A DNA stretch of 64,000 nucleotides, from contig CABXDN010000002.1 of assembly GCA_902511005.1 (NCBI GenBank), positions 4,403 through 68,402 on the forward strand. Direction: 5' to 3'. Shown piece after piece: positions 26,599-38,000 of this stretch. Each line of letters begins with the position of its first letter. The stretch's first letter is position 1. The notes beneath the pieces were generated by a model. The model had not been told where the DNA came from. It did not search any database and saw only the letters and a list, made by a program, of their open reading frames with translations. Both the position numbers and the translations under genes were made by a program. The DNA comes from an uncultured Candidatus Poseidoniales archaeon. GTDB lineage: Archaea; Thermoplasmatota; Poseidoniia; Poseidoniales; Thalassarchaeaceae.

Positions 26599-29010
26599 TC
26601 AATCTTCGCAATTTTCTACGCCATCCTCATTACAAGGATGAGAGGTTTCTTCTTCTGATTCACCATCTGCTTCTTCTTGTTGATGAACATAATAATCCTC
26701 AGAATGGTGACCAGGTATATCTAATTCGACCTGAATCGACATATCATCAATTTTATGAACAGACGCTCCTAATGCTGAGAATGAATAAATAAATTCACCC
26801 ATAAAAATTGAGCGACGAATACTAGTTTGAGAACCATACCAAGAGTTACTATCATCGGAGTTATAGTAATCAGAATGATTTGCAGTACCATGCAAAGACA
26901 AAGATTCGTTTGCAACATCTACATTTATCATTTTAAGCATTGATACATATTCATAGCTGTAAGTATACAAGCCATCATTGTTCACCCAATCGTATCTGTA
27001 GGTAGAAAGCGGTACAGCCAACATTTCTTGAGGACCCCAATATGTGAATGCTTTATGCTCATAACTTGCTTCTGACCCAGACCAAGACCACCCGCAATAC
27101 CTGATTTCCTCACAATTCTCGTCGACATAACCAGGAGATAATACTTCGACGTCAGAAAGTACAGGATTAGAGGGGTCACTTACATCAAATAATGAAACCT
27201 GAGTTGTTGACCAATCAAGACCTATTCCTCCATCACCTGGACCAATTCCTATAGTAAGCAAGTGATCTTCATCGACAGGATGGATATAAGTAGAAACACC
27301 GGGGATCTCTAACTCTCCAAGAACTTGAGGGTCTAATGGATTTGATAAATCAAGTACCCAAAGAGGGTCTACATTCTCAAAGGTGACCAAATATCCTCTG
27401 TCGCCAACAAATCTTGCACTCCAAATTGTTTCATTGGGTGCAATATCTTCGATAATACCTACTTGAACTAAAGAGTTATCTGACTGCTGAAGAATCGTTA
27501 CTTGATTCGTGGGTCCAGTGAAAATAAAATCTCCATTTTCATCTAGTTCTCCTTCTAACCACCACCTGCCCCAAGAATCGGAAGTAGATGCTATCCTGAT
27601 AGAACCTTGAAATTCACTCATTGAAAACTGATCCTGAACAGTACCAGAAACGCGGCCTGAGCCTATGTAAGATGTAGAATTGCTATCCGATATGTCAAAT
27701 GCATGGATATTAGTTGAATCTTCGAAACCATTATTTCTCCAAAACCACCACCAATCAGCTGTTGGTTCTGCTAAAAGAAGAGTATTTCCTGAAGAATAAA
27801 CATGAGCCCATCTAGAAGTTATATGATCTACTTCAAACTCAACAACTTCTTCGAACATTTTCATTGTCATTATTGTAGTTAAACCTCGGACTGTTGTTTC
27901 GGGACTCGCCGAAAACTCACTACAATCATCTGAAATAAGTGACGTTTTAACGTATGGAGATTCGCTTTCAGAAGTACTCTCATACATTTGTGGAATGAAA
28001 TCGTCAAGTGTAAGTGACTGAATAATAGCGTTGTTAGAGTTTATTGTTTCCAATAAAGACTGATTCCAGATATTCATTTGTTCATATCTATCTTCTATTT
28101 GATAGTAATTATTAGGAATACTCACCCATGATTGAATACCTTCAAAATATGTGTATAAGTGAGTTACTGAACGTACTGTGCCATCAACTAGTCTAGCAGT
28201 ATGATAATTACCCTCGATTAGTAATTCTTTTTCTACTACAGGATTTAATTTATCACTAATATCAACAATAGTATACATCACGAGACTCTCATAACGAGTG
28301 TAAGTATTTGTTTTTGGCTCCCCGTCTCCGTCAAAGTAAGTATAGCTTTCTTCATGCCCCATGAGGTCTAGTAAAGGATGACCGGGGGGGAGGTTCCAGT
28401 AATTGAGACTGGAGGTAATAACAAGCCTATTACCTTCAAGCATCATTTGCATGGGAGAGCCTATCATTGTAGTATTAGATAATAGATTGAGCTCCCCATA
28501 TTCAGGAACTTCAAAAATTAGTAACTTATCTCCATTAATCATGTAAATATAATGACCATCTGTTTTTATGAAATCGGCTTCATCGACCCCAGATTCTTGA
28601 TTATTTGTTCCTGAATACTCACCGGTCCTATCACCATTATCCGTAGTAGTGGTAGTAGTCGACATATCCTCATCTGCGCTCTCGGCTAGAGCTACATCTC
28701 CATCACGCCACATAAAATTGTCTCCAAACCAATTCGGAGTCCAATGGTAATATGATTGCTGGTCTAACTGAACTAACATTTCATCGTATACCGATTGCTT
28801 AAGATCAGATAGTAAGTCACTACATTGCTGGTAACTCACTAATTGGGGACTACCAAAAATACGCTCAGATAAATCTAATTGGGGATATTCATCATCAATT
28901 AATATTATACTGTCATCAATACTATCATTTATGTCATCAATTACTCCAAGGCATCCTGAAGATAATAGGATAAATAATACAAAAATAGTTGTTTGAGGTC
29001 TTTCCAGCAT
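26599..29010 (-). CDS. secreted beta-propeller domain protein (Beta_propel/PF09826-like), probable lipoprotein
   Basis: N-terminal signal with lipobox-like LLSSGC. SGVDEADFIKTDGHYIYMINGDKLLIF and FVGDRGYLVTFENVDPLWVLDLSNPLDPQVLGELEIPGVSTYIHP match the family's conserved blocks. Confidence 0.75.
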   Translation of the reverse strand: MLERPQTTIFVLFILLSSGCLGVIDDINDSIDDSIILIDDEYPQLDLSERIFGSPQLVSYQQCSDLLSDLKQSVYDEMLVQLDQQSYYHWTPNWFGDNFMWRDGDVALAESADEDMSTTTTTTDNGDRTGEYSGTNNQESGVDEADFIKTDGHYIYMINGDKLLIFEVPEYGELNLLSNTTMIGSPMQMMLEGNRLVITSSLNYWNLPPGHPLLDLMGHEESYTYFDGDGEPKTNTYTRYESLVMYTIVDISDKLNPVVEKELLIEGNYHTARLVDGTVRSVTHLYTYFEGIQSWVSIPNNYYQIEDRYEQMNIWNQSLLETINSNNAIIQSLTLDDFIPQMYESTSESESPYVKTSLISDDCSEFSASPETTVRGLTTIMTMKMFEEVVEFEVDHITSRWAHVYSSGNTLLLAEPTADWWWFWRNNGFEDSTNIHAFDISDSNSTSYIGSGRVSGTVQDQFSMSEFQGSIRIASTSDSWGRWWLEGELDENGDFIFTGPTNQVTILQQSDNSLVQVGIIEDIAPNETIWSARFVGDRGYLVTFENVDPLWVLDLSNPLDPQVLGELEIPGVSTYIHPVDEDHLLTIGIGPGDGGIGLDWSTTQVSLFDVSDPSNPVLSDVEVLSPGYVDENCEEIRYCGWSWSGSEASYEHKAFTYWGPQEMLAVPLSTYRYDWVNNDGLYTYSYEYVSMLKMINVDVANESLSLHGTANHSDYYNSDDSNSWYGSQTSIRRSIFMGEFIYSFSALGASVHKIDDMSIQVELDIPGHHSEDYYVHQQEEADGESEEETSHPCNEDGVENCED

Positions 29011-29067
29011 AAATCAACCCAACTAGTTGTCTATTATGAATAAGTTGGTATATTGACTTTACAAATA

Positions 29068-29262
29068 TTATACAAAATAATGATTTATAGTTGAAAAACT
29101 AAGGTCTTCTTCTACCGTTGCCGGATTAGTCTCGTCGGATTCTTCATCTATTGTTGTGGCGATCGATGTTTCAACGGCTTCATCTGCATGATCGGAGCCG
29201 AGGCTTTGAGTGCCGGCTAGAAAAATTAGCGCAGCAATTTGTATGTCCAATTCCTGATCCAT
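29068..29262 (-). CDS. small acidic hypothetical protein (64 aa); could alternatively be a structured RNA
   Basis: An ORF that is visibly more GC-rich than its AT-rich flanks, on the same strand and between the wHTH regulator and the beta-propeller gene. Hydrophobic stretch IQIAALIFLAGTQSLG followed by a D/E-rich tail. No family was recognised. Confidence 0.3.
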   Translation of the reverse strand: MDQELDIQIAALIFLAGTQSLGSDHADEAVETSIATTIDEESDETNPATVEEDLSFSTINHYFV

Positions 29263-29372
29263 CAAAACCTTATCAATGAGATACGTACTTAATAGAAATG
29301 TTCTTTTGAGTCATTAATGCATCAAATAATTAATACAAAACGTCAATAATTAAAAAATAATAACTTTTTATA

Positions 29373-30179
29373 TTAATTTAGAAAAGTATACGAAGAATTT
29401 AATGCATTATCTCCTAGATCGGTGACTATCCACTTAGGCCGTTTGGAATTTGAAGTTGCATCAATATACTCTGACTGTCTAAGTTCAGAAATATGGTAAC
29501 TCATTAGTTGTCGAGAAATTGAAAGTTTTTTACTAATTTCAGAATTAGAAAGGCCTATCCGCCCAGAATTTGATAAAATTTCAAGTATCGCTAATCTAGT
29601 CCCCATAATCGGATTACGTATATTTTCTAATTTAGATTTGGATATTTCTGAGATAGCATATCTCCTAAGTTTTCCATCTTTCCAAGAAATTATTTTACCA
29701 TTGTTTTCTAATACTTGCAAGTGGTAAGCAGTTACTCCATTGGCTAGACCCAAGGAATCTCTTAATGCAGAGAAGTGTATACCTGCATTGGCTTCAAGAT
29801 AACCTAGTATACGACCTCGTGTAAGAAGATCATTACGATTCTTGCCCTTAGCTATAAGAGGAGTCAATAAAGAAACCAGTACTGTAATTTTGAATACTTC
29901 AGAGAGTAATGAACCTAGAATTAGAGATGAGAATCCCCCTACGCCTAAAAATATTAATTCAATTGATTTATCATTAGGACTCTTTTGGTCAGGTACTTCT
30001 TCGAAAATTTCTTCTAATGAGGAATCGTCTGCATCAGCCGTCATTTCCTCTCCGACTCTCTCATTATATTGCTGTTGCATCACCTCAGAATCAGAATTAC
30101 TAAAATTCATTATGCCACCTGAAATTAAACAAATGATTGCAAAAAGAGAGAATATACGTACTGCTAAAACTCCCCTCAT
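29373..30179 (-). CDS. membrane-tethered transcriptional regulator with two winged-helix domains
   Basis: TM1 IFSLFAIICLISGGIMNF, an acidic loop of about 45 aa, then a second hydrophobic block. Two wHTH units follow: ILGYLEANAGIHFSALRDSLGLANGVTAYHLQVLENNGKI and RLAILEILSNSGRIGLSNSEISKKLSISRQLMSYHISELRQSEYI. Confidence 0.6.
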   Translation of the reverse strand: MRGVLAVRIFSLFAIICLISGGIMNFSNSDSEVMQQQYNERVGEEMTADADDSSLEEIFEEVPDQKSPNDKSIELIFLGVGGFSSLILGSLLSEVFKITVLVSLLTPLIAKGKNRNDLLTRGRILGYLEANAGIHFSALRDSLGLANGVTAYHLQVLENNGKIISWKDGKLRRYAISEISKSKLENIRNPIMGTRLAILEILSNSGRIGLSNSEISKKLSISRQLMSYHISELRQSEYIDATSNSKRPKWIVTDLGDNALNSSYTFLN

Positions 30180-30283
30180 ATGTATCCCAGTATAGGACTA
30201 CATATCATAAACTTGGTTAATTGTTTTGACATTCGGAGTCGTCGTGTTGAAGAAGTGATGCTCTTGTGTGGGAGCGAAAATAG

Positions 30284-31318
30284 ATGAGCGGAGTGTTAGA
30301 TGACAACTTTGGAAACTCAGGAAATGATGCTGAGTCTATGTTGACGTCAGCACGCTCAGTGATACATACATGCCTACAAATACGTCCTTTTGAACCTGTT
30401 TTAATCGTCACTGACCCTGAAAGTTCAATAATTGGTAGAGCGTTGTATGAAGCGGCTGCAGAAGTAACTGATAGGACTCTAATGATGATGATGCCTACAT
30501 CTCACAAAAGAGGGAGTGAACCTCCGGACTATGTCGCAGAACTAATGAGGAAACAGGATGTTGTTATCTTGGCTACGAAAAGCTCCCTAACTCACACAAA
30601 AGCTAGAATAAATGCTTCAAGAACTGGAAGAACTAGAATTATTTCAATGCCTGGTATAAATCAAATTATGTTTTCTAGTGGAGGAATGACTGCTGATTAT
30701 AATGCTCTACAAAAAGAACTCTCGGGGCTAACTTCAATATTTCGAAGGAAAAGAGACGTTAGAGTTACATCAGCCGAAGGAACTGATATTACATTCAGTA
30801 TTGGCGCCAAATGGAGGACAGATGATAATGGAATCTGTAATCGACCAGGGCAAGTAATGAATTTACCATCGGGACGCATATTTGTTTATCCAAAAGAGGA
30901 ATCTATGAATGGAAAAATTGTTATCGATGGATCTTGGGAAGGAAATATACTAGAAGAAAAAATAATTATGAAAGTTGAAAATGGAGTAGTAGTAGAAATC
31001 TCAGAGGGAGAAATCTCAGAAAAAATAAATCTAGCATTCGAGGAGATCAGTAAACCTCTAAATAAATCTAAATCAGCAATAGTGAAGACTGTAGCTGAAT
31101 TCGGCTTTGGGATGAACTCAAGAGCAAAGATAGTTGGTAATTTACTAGAAGACCAAGTAGTACGAGGAGCGGCTCATTTTGTCTTTGGAGACAACTCGGC
31201 TTATGGCGGTAAAAATAATATCGGGGTACAAATGAGAGGGGTTATTTTGAAACCAACTATTGAACTACAAGACATTGATTTAGTTAAAGATGGGAAAATA
31301 ATTGCTAGAAGGAAGTGA
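30284..31318 (+). CDS. M29-family aminopeptidase (AmpS/aminopeptidase T-like)
   Basis: CLQIRPFEPVLIVTD, GTDITFSIG, NLPSGRIFVYPKEESMNGKIVIDG and EFGFGMNSRAKIVGNLLEDQVVRGAAHFVFGDN resemble M29 blocks. Confidence 0.7.
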   Translation: MSGVLDDNFGNSGNDAESMLTSARSVIHTCLQIRPFEPVLIVTDPESSIIGRALYEAAAEVTDRTLMMMMPTSHKRGSEPPDYVAELMRKQDVVILATKSSLTHTKARINASRTGRTRIISMPGINQIMFSSGGMTADYNALQKELSGLTSIFRRKRDVRVTSAEGTDITFSIGAKWRTDDNGICNRPGQVMNLPSGRIFVYPKEESMNGKIVIDGSWEGNILEEKIIMKVENGVVVEISEGEISEKINLAFEEISKPLNKSKSAIVKTVAEFGFGMNSRAKIVGNLLEDQVVRGAAHFVFGDNSAYGGKNNIGVQMRGVILKPTIELQDIDLVKDGKIIARRK

Positions 31319-31928
31319 AGAATTGAGAGCCTTTCTTTGGTGTAATGGTGATATGCCATCTTTAGAGATGATAAATTCATTAGGGAGGTTGACACCTTTA
31401 TTTGGAGTGGATGGAGGGACTAAAAAAGCCGAGTCGTGTGGTTTTCTAGTTGAAGAAACGCTAGGTGATTTAGATTCAATAAAAGAATATGAATCTGATT
31501 CAGAAATGAAAAAATTAAATGATGATTCTTGTAGTGATTTGACTAAGACAATATTAGAACTATCAAAAAGAGGATATACTGTATTTGACATATTAGGAAT
31601 TGATGGTGGGTCTCCTGGTCATATCTTAGGCATATGGGGGACAATGGTGGAATCTCCCGAACAGTTAGAAATAAGATTACACCATAATAATGCAACCTCA
31701 TATCGAATTACACCTGGAAATAATGATTTTCAGATAAATCTTGAAAAGGACCAGTTATTCTCTGCTTATGCATTAACCAAATGTGAAAAGATTAGTATTA
31801 GAGGTGCTCGATGGGAACTAGACAATGATTCACTAAATATGTCTACAAGAGGACTCCATAATAGAGCAAATGGGGGAATTTTATCCATTAAAGGTGATGG
31901 AATAATAGCGCTAATAATTGAACATTAG
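31302..31928 (+). CDS. thiN: thiamine pyrophosphokinase
   Basis: LWCNGD...LFGVDGG...LGDLDSI, DSCSDLTKTI and GIDGGSPGHILG correspond to the TPK catalytic-domain motifs (GDxDSI, D.TD, GGRxDH). Overlaps the upstream gene by 17 nt. Confidence 0.7.
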   Translation: MLEGSEELRAFLWCNGDMPSLEMINSLGRLTPLFGVDGGTKKAESCGFLVEETLGDLDSIKEYESDSEMKKLNDDSCSDLTKTILELSKRGYTVFDILGIDGGSPGHILGIWGTMVESPEQLEIRLHHNNATSYRITPGNNDFQINLEKDQLFSAYALTKCEKISIRGARWELDNDSLNMSTRGLHNRANGGILSIKGDGIIALIIEH

Positions 31929-31929
31929 T

Positions 31930-33003
31930 TTATTCTTCTTCATTATACGGTTTTGGATTCTGGGAAAGTAACAACGCTATCGGTCTTGTACGAGGATCAC
32001 TCTCTAATGCTATTTTCATAATTACAGCAAGAGGAACGCCAAGGACTGCCCCCATTATTCCCCAAGCCCAACCCCAGAATGAAACTAAGATTAGGAGAAC
32101 TATTGGTGACATATCAAGACGTTGTCCGGATAATTGTGGTTCTACGAATGCACCCCATGCTTGTTGGTTCGCAATCAACAATCCAATCATAATCAGAGCA
32201 GTCGTAGGTTCCAGTAATATCAAAGCCAAAATACCGGGAGGTATCATAGAAATTAAAGCCCCAATATAGGGTATGAAATCAAGGAAAAATGTGATTGAAG
32301 CCCAAAGAAACCATCCAGGAATAGCTAAATATTTCAGTATAATTGCAGCAATAATCGCTTGTCCTAAAGCTACTGTAGCTCTTGTAATAACGTAAGTATT
32401 AATCCCTTCACCAGAGTTAGATGCTATCTTTTTGAAACGCGATACTTCATCAGGATAAGCTGCCTTAATTCGATTTGGAAGTGTCTCTGCCTCAAGTATA
32501 ATGAATAAGAGAAATATGAAAATTGTCACAGCACTAGCAGTAAAACCAGCAATAGAACCGACAAAGTTTGTTGCGAAATTTGTAATCACATCGATACTAA
32601 CTAATTCCTCTAATCCGGATGTATCAATAGATTGACCAAAAATCTCAGTGTTCTCGAGACGAGACATTTTCTCCGAAAATGCTGCGGTAATCCTATCTTG
32701 TGTTGATTGCTCGGTAAATTCAGTTAGATTAGAATAAAGTACCTGTGAGGCTAGGAATATTACGAAGCCAATAATTGTTATTAATCCACCATAAGCGAGA
32801 AGAGGATGCCCAAATCTCTGTTCTAACCAATTGGCCGGAGGCCGTATCAGTAAGAAAAGAAGTGTAGCAATAACGAGTGGTTGAATTACCACTTTCAGAT
32901 GTATAATTGCAAGTATGGAAATTAGTAATATTACCATTATATCAGATACAGTGCTGACTGGAATCCCTCTGAAGGCTCTTGTAGATGTCATGTGCTTCCC
33001 CAA
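31930..33003 (-). CDS. AI-2E/PerM (UPF0118) family transporter
   Basis: Seven or eight hydrophobic helices and the family-typical FLDFIPYIGALISMIPPGILAL...GVPLAVIMKI. Confidence 0.8.
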   Translation of the reverse strand: MGKHMTSTRAFRGIPVSTVSDIMVILLISILAIIHLKVVIQPLVIATLLFLLIRPPANWLEQRFGHPLLAYGGLITIIGFVIFLASQVLYSNLTEFTEQSTQDRITAAFSEKMSRLENTEIFGQSIDTSGLEELVSIDVITNFATNFVGSIAGFTASAVTIFIFLLFIILEAETLPNRIKAAYPDEVSRFKKIASNSGEGINTYVITRATVALGQAIIAAIILKYLAIPGWFLWASITFFLDFIPYIGALISMIPPGILALILLEPTTALIMIGLLIANQQAWGAFVEPQLSGQRLDMSPIVLLILVSFWGWAWGIMGAVLGVPLAVIMKIALESDPRTRPIALLLSQNPKPYNEEE

Positions 33004-33047
33004 CCCTGCGAGGAGTTTTGATTGATGAAGGGTTTCCCGACAATAAA

Positions 33048-34256
33048 CTAAATTCTATTGTATATTTTAATAAAATAATCCGCATCGATCTCATATGTAA
33101 ATCTAGTAATGACTCTTTTACGCCCTTCAAGTCCTTTCTTATCTAGTAATTCTCTGTGTTTAATTTCCTCAAGAATAGTGGAAGACATGGAATCAATATC
33201 ACCCATAGTGAATAGGGCACCAACTGTAGAATCAACCATTTCAGGTAATGGGCCATGATTAACAGTTACAACAGGAGTACCAGATGACATTGATTCTAGA
33301 GGAATTAATCCCTGACCTTCATAATATGAAGGATAAATTGTTAGATTAGCATTCCTAAATAATGAAGCCAATTCTAAGAATGACATACTTGATTCAATAA
33401 AAACTGATGAAGATAACCCTAGTTTATTGGCTTGTTTTAAAAGACGTCCTCTCAGATGACCTCGCCCCACAATTACTAATTTAGAATTAGGTACCTCTGA
33501 GTTGACTATTGCAAATGCTTTCAATAAAGAACCATATCCTTTTCTAGCCGCTAAACGACCAACTGCTAACAATAGTATGCTTTCTTCAGTACACCCAAAA
33601 CGATTTCGCAAATCATTATCAACTAACTCAGTAGGGTAAAACATATTTGTGTCTACTCCCCAATGAATAACTTCACAGTCCCAATTCTCGGGAACAGAAT
33701 AACGTGTTAAAAAATCCATTTTAGTTGCTTCGGAGTTTGCAACACATACATCAGAATTAACCACTGCTGCATTCTCGAATCCAGCGTATCTTTTTGCAGT
33801 TAACAAAATTGCCAAATCATTAGGATTAGCCCAAACTGCTGCCTCTTTCTGTTTTGCTGCAGTAACTAATCCATCTTTCTCACCAAGCCAAGAACCGTGT
33901 AAAGAGGAAACTATTGGTGCTATATTTTTTTTGCAAAAATCAAATTGTTTAGTGTTCCAAGATATCATTGGGCAATGTAAGTGTACTATATCGACTGGTT
34001 TGGACTGGTTTAATTTCTTCAAAGCGCGAAGCGCCGAACGACCATAAGAACGTGTGAATTCCATTGGTAATTTTAACCATCCTACTGAAATTACTTCTAT
34101 ACCTTCAACCTCTGGAATATTCTCACCTCCACCATTTCGTGTAATAACGGTCACTTGATGCCCTCTAGATACTAGAGCAGATGATAGATGAAATACTGTC
34201 GAACCCATGCCCCCCCAGCGAGGAGGATATTCAGCAGATAACATGGCGATGTGCAT
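33048..34256 (-). CDS. glycosyltransferase family 4 (GT-B fold)
   Basis: N-terminal MLSAEYPPRWGGMGS and the C-terminal E-x7-E region PSYYEGQGLIPLESMSSGTPVV. Confidence 0.85.
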   Translation of the reverse strand: MHIAMLSAEYPPRWGGMGSTVFHLSSALVSRGHQVTVITRNGGGENIPEVEGIEVISVGWLKLPMEFTRSYGRSALRALKKLNQSKPVDIVHLHCPMISWNTKQFDFCKKNIAPIVSSLHGSWLGEKDGLVTAAKQKEAAVWANPNDLAILLTAKRYAGFENAAVVNSDVCVANSEATKMDFLTRYSVPENWDCEVIHWGVDTNMFYPTELVDNDLRNRFGCTEESILLLAVGRLAARKGYGSLLKAFAIVNSEVPNSKLVIVGRGHLRGRLLKQANKLGLSSSVFIESSMSFLELASLFRNANLTIYPSYYEGQGLIPLESMSSGTPVVTVNHGPLPEMVDSTVGALFTMGDIDSMSSTILEEIKHRELLDKKGLEGRKRVITRFTYEIDADYFIKIYNRI

Positions 34257-34360
34257 ACGGTATCATGCCTGCGTTGAGTCAACCGGTTTTCAAGAGATTG
34301 GACACAGGACACGTATCAGTTTGATTCAAAGAGTTAACAATGTTCGCCTAAACGAGAAAT

Positions 34361-35098
34361 ATGACAGAGGCGCTACCTGTACACGTCACCGTAGTTATAC
34401 CTACAAGAAACGAAGAAGCAGCAATAGTAGATACTATTCGCTCAGTACCTAGAGATGGATGGTGTGATAAACTAGATTTTCTAATCATTGATGGAAATTC
34501 TACAGACAAGACTAGAGAATTAGCTGAAGAAGAAGGAGCAACCGTCTATCTTGAGCCGCGCAAGGGCTATGGCAGAGCTTACAAAACTGGGTTTGCTATG
34601 GCTCCAGGAGAAATTATAGTAACAATGGATGCAGATTGCACATATCCTGGAGAAGAAGTCCCCTCTTTAGTTCGAAAATTAGTAGAAGAAAATTTACAAT
34701 GGATTTCTTGTGATCGACTAAAACGTGCTGAAGAAGGTTCGATGCCGGGGCTTCATGGGTTTGGAAATTGGGTATTATCAACGACAGCAACAATTCTTTA
34801 TTGGTATGGGATTCATGATTCACAAAGTGGAATGTGGGTATTTAGAAAATCAATATTTGATAATGAAAAAGTAAGGCCAAAACATGATGGCATGCCCCTA
34901 TCACAAGAATTTAAAATCCGCGCACGTAGATATTTAGGTAAGAAAAATACTGCTGAGATAAGTGTTCCTTATCGGCCAAGAGTTGGAGAAGCAGAGATTA
35001 ATACTTGGGGAGACGGTTTACTAAATCTTAGGTTCTTATTCACGCACAGATTAGGTTTTACTCAGCAGAGAACTCCTTGGGGACCAGATTCGAAGTAA
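34361..35098 (+). CDS. glycosyltransferase family 2 (dolichyl-phosphate sugar synthase-like)
   Basis: VTVVIPTRNEE, IDGNSTDKT and a DxD motif (TMDADCTYP). Divergent from the GT4 gene across a 104-nt spacer. Confidence 0.85.
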   Translation: MTEALPVHVTVVIPTRNEEAAIVDTIRSVPRDGWCDKLDFLIIDGNSTDKTRELAEEEGATVYLEPRKGYGRAYKTGFAMAPGEIIVTMDADCTYPGEEVPSLVRKLVEENLQWISCDRLKRAEEGSMPGLHGFGNWVLSTTATILYWYGIHDSQSGMWVFRKSIFDNEKVRPKHDGMPLSQEFKIRARRYLGKKNTAEISVPYRPRVGEAEINTWGDGLLNLRFLFTHRLGFTQQRTPWGPDSK

Positions 35099-35099
35099 A

Positions 35100-38000
35100 T
35101 TATTCATTAAATTCATCATCTAATTCTCTAGGATCAAATGTAGACCATGATTCAATCATTTCTAGATCTTTAGCTAATTCTTTACGACGATTTACCGAAT
35201 ATAATATCCCTATGGCTAAGAATAATGTAATCATGAATCCTAATAATGGTAAGCCACCAGATAGAAACCAAGAAATTATATTACTATTTTCTTCTGATTC
35301 AATAGGTAATTGTCCAAATAGTATCGGACTGACTACTTCCCCATCTATTGCCCATAATTCAACTTGAGCAATACTACCGTCATTGACTAGTATGGCAGTC
35401 TGTAAACTCCATATATTATCTCCTGCTATTGAATCCCCTCCTAAACCATCATCCCTTAATTCAAATTCTTGCTCAATCTTACCTGCTTTAAATTTACAAA
35501 AGACAATTTGAGTTGTTCCATCTAAATCATCTAATCTAACAGTAATAAAAATTGGGTTATCCTCGGCGAATTTTAAAGTATTAGGATTAATAGATAATTC
35601 ATAAAGAATTGGAGAGCTAGAACCTATGATAAGATTAATTGAAGTTATATCGGATTCGCCCCTTGAGTCTTTGACTAAAAGATTGATTTGTACTAGGCCC
35701 GGAGGCAATGATACTGTAATTTCTTCCTTATCCCCAATTTCGGTACCGTCTCCTAAACTCCATTGGTAAAGAATAATATCATTATCATAATCAAATGAGG
35801 CTGAGGCGTTGAGAGTTATTTCTCGACCAGGGGGTATGTATTGACCATCTGAATAATCACTTATTCCAGCAGTTGGACCTGTTTCAAAAACGGTTAATTG
35901 TTGAGAATAGTTAGATATTCGTCCAGTTGAGTCAGTTAAAACAAATGATAAATCATGAACTCCGGCGGGGAGATAATCATTGTACCAATATTCGTTAGTC
36001 TTATCCTCAAGTATTGGTTCAGGCATAATATCTGAAAATATAGAAACTTTAAATTCATCACCATCAGGGTCAAATGAATCTCTGAAATCAAATAATACAG
36101 GTAAATTAGAATAAACCTCAATTCCTTCATCTGGTGAACTAAGAATCAAAACGGGAGCTGATTGCTCAACAAAAATTGTTGTTGAGAAAGATGCGGTTCC
36201 ACCATCGCCATCATCAATATGAAGAGATATTACATGATTACCTTCGGGTAATCGGGATTTAAATTTCCACTCACTACCTATTGGCTCGGATAGTAAATCA
36301 CTTTGCCATAATACACTTACTAGGTCTTTACTAGAATCAGAAAAATAGTTACAGATAATTCCAGTACTATTGTCTAAGTCAGAACAAGCAATATCCCAAT
36401 CACCAGAACCAGTTGCATCAAATGATATCAAATGCCCTGAGTTAGTAGAATAATCCTCAATAGGATATGAAATCATAGCAACTGGAGGTGAGTTTTCCAC
36501 AATTAAATCTAGTTCAGTGGTTGTCCATTGCCCTGCATGATTAGGTCGGTCATCACTAGCATACATCGTAATTTTATGAGTTCCCTTGGAAAGCATGCCT
36601 GACCATTCTAATGAATCAGAAGGAGTAATTCCCGAATTTAATAGTCCATCAATATCACTCCAAAATTCAAATTTTATTTCATCGCCCTCTGGATCAATAG
36701 TATTACTACCGTCGATAAGTAAAATATCCTGAGACCTTAGACCTGTCCTTGTAATTTCGACAAGAGCGTTTGGTAATTCATTAAATAACTCCACATTAAA
36801 TGTCCAAGTTACAGGTGAATGTACCCCATCGGTAGCATAGACAGTCACTGTGAATTGATTTGGAGCGAGAGGGAATGTTTTGTTAATTTGTCCAGGGCAC
36901 TCAGAAAGAAATAATTCAGTCTCTTCATAAGAGGTCTTTATCCAACAAGTTAATTCATCATTTTCTGGGTCGTTTGTTCCTGTTAAGTCAATATTTACTG
37001 AGGCTGTTTTTCCAAGATAAAGAGTACCCCAAGCAGAGATATCTGGAGTAGTATCTACTGTGAGTAATGGAGGATTATTTGACAGTTCGATAGACCGCTG
37101 CTCCGAAGCGCAGTTATTCGATAAATCACAAATTTCAAGAGTTATTTGATGAATTCCATCTGAAAGACATTGAATTAGGTTATTAGCAATAATAATCGAA
37201 TTATTATTATTAAATTCACAAGAACTAGTGATATCTCCATCAATATTACTCGACCAAGAATAGGTCATTAATTCGTTATCTAAATCCCATGAGGAGCTGG
37301 CATCAAAGATTACTTCTGAACCACTAGCATAAATCTCGTCTGGACTAGGTAATAGCCATATAATAATAGGCGGTTGGTTTGATATCTCAAGAATACAAGT
37401 TACAACTTTGTTTGAATCTAATCCGAAAGGTTCGGAGTCATTGTGGACTGAATCATAATCACATCCTGTATGGACATCATTTACATTAGACCACCCATTT
37501 ATTGGAGTCCATCTTTTACCAATGAATGGACCAATAATATCAACTCCCTCATATGGTAAGATACCAAAATACTCAGACTCATATAGGTCAAAAGTAAGGT
37601 TGACTGAAGAAAAGGGAATATGATTAAGATATTGATTTACTACATGTGTCTCTACGTACCACATCTCATCAACAATATTATCCTCAGATTCAAATAAAGG
37701 TTCATCCATTAGGGACGATGAGATCCATCTCAAATGGCTATTAGATTTCATCAAGAAATAATTAGAATTAGTTGAATTAGATAGGAAGAATGAGTTAGTC
37801 ATATTTACAAAACTGGAATCTAGACTTGGAGGTGAATTACATTGGAAACCAGTATTATTCACCAATAACTCTGAATGATCTACTAAATCAAGACAAGAAA
37901 TTGTATTCTGAGTATTGATGATACTATCATTAAGATAAGAATCAAGAGAGCCTTTGGCATCCCAATAGAATCCACTATTATTTCCACTGATTTGTAAATT

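Noticed and set aside
34207-34452. An 81-aa plus-strand ORF bridging the GT4/GT2 divergent spacer.
   Set aside because: It overlaps the GT4 start on the opposite strand and the GT2 start out of frame. Its composition is Arg/Ser/Tyr-rich with no motifs, and the GT2 gene has a canonical N-terminus from 34361.
35077-35367. A 96-aa plus-strand ORF at the GT2/adhesin junction.
   Set aside because: It is antisense to the C-terminal TM anchor and cytoplasmic tail of the 1556-aa protein, which is a coherent continuation of that gene.
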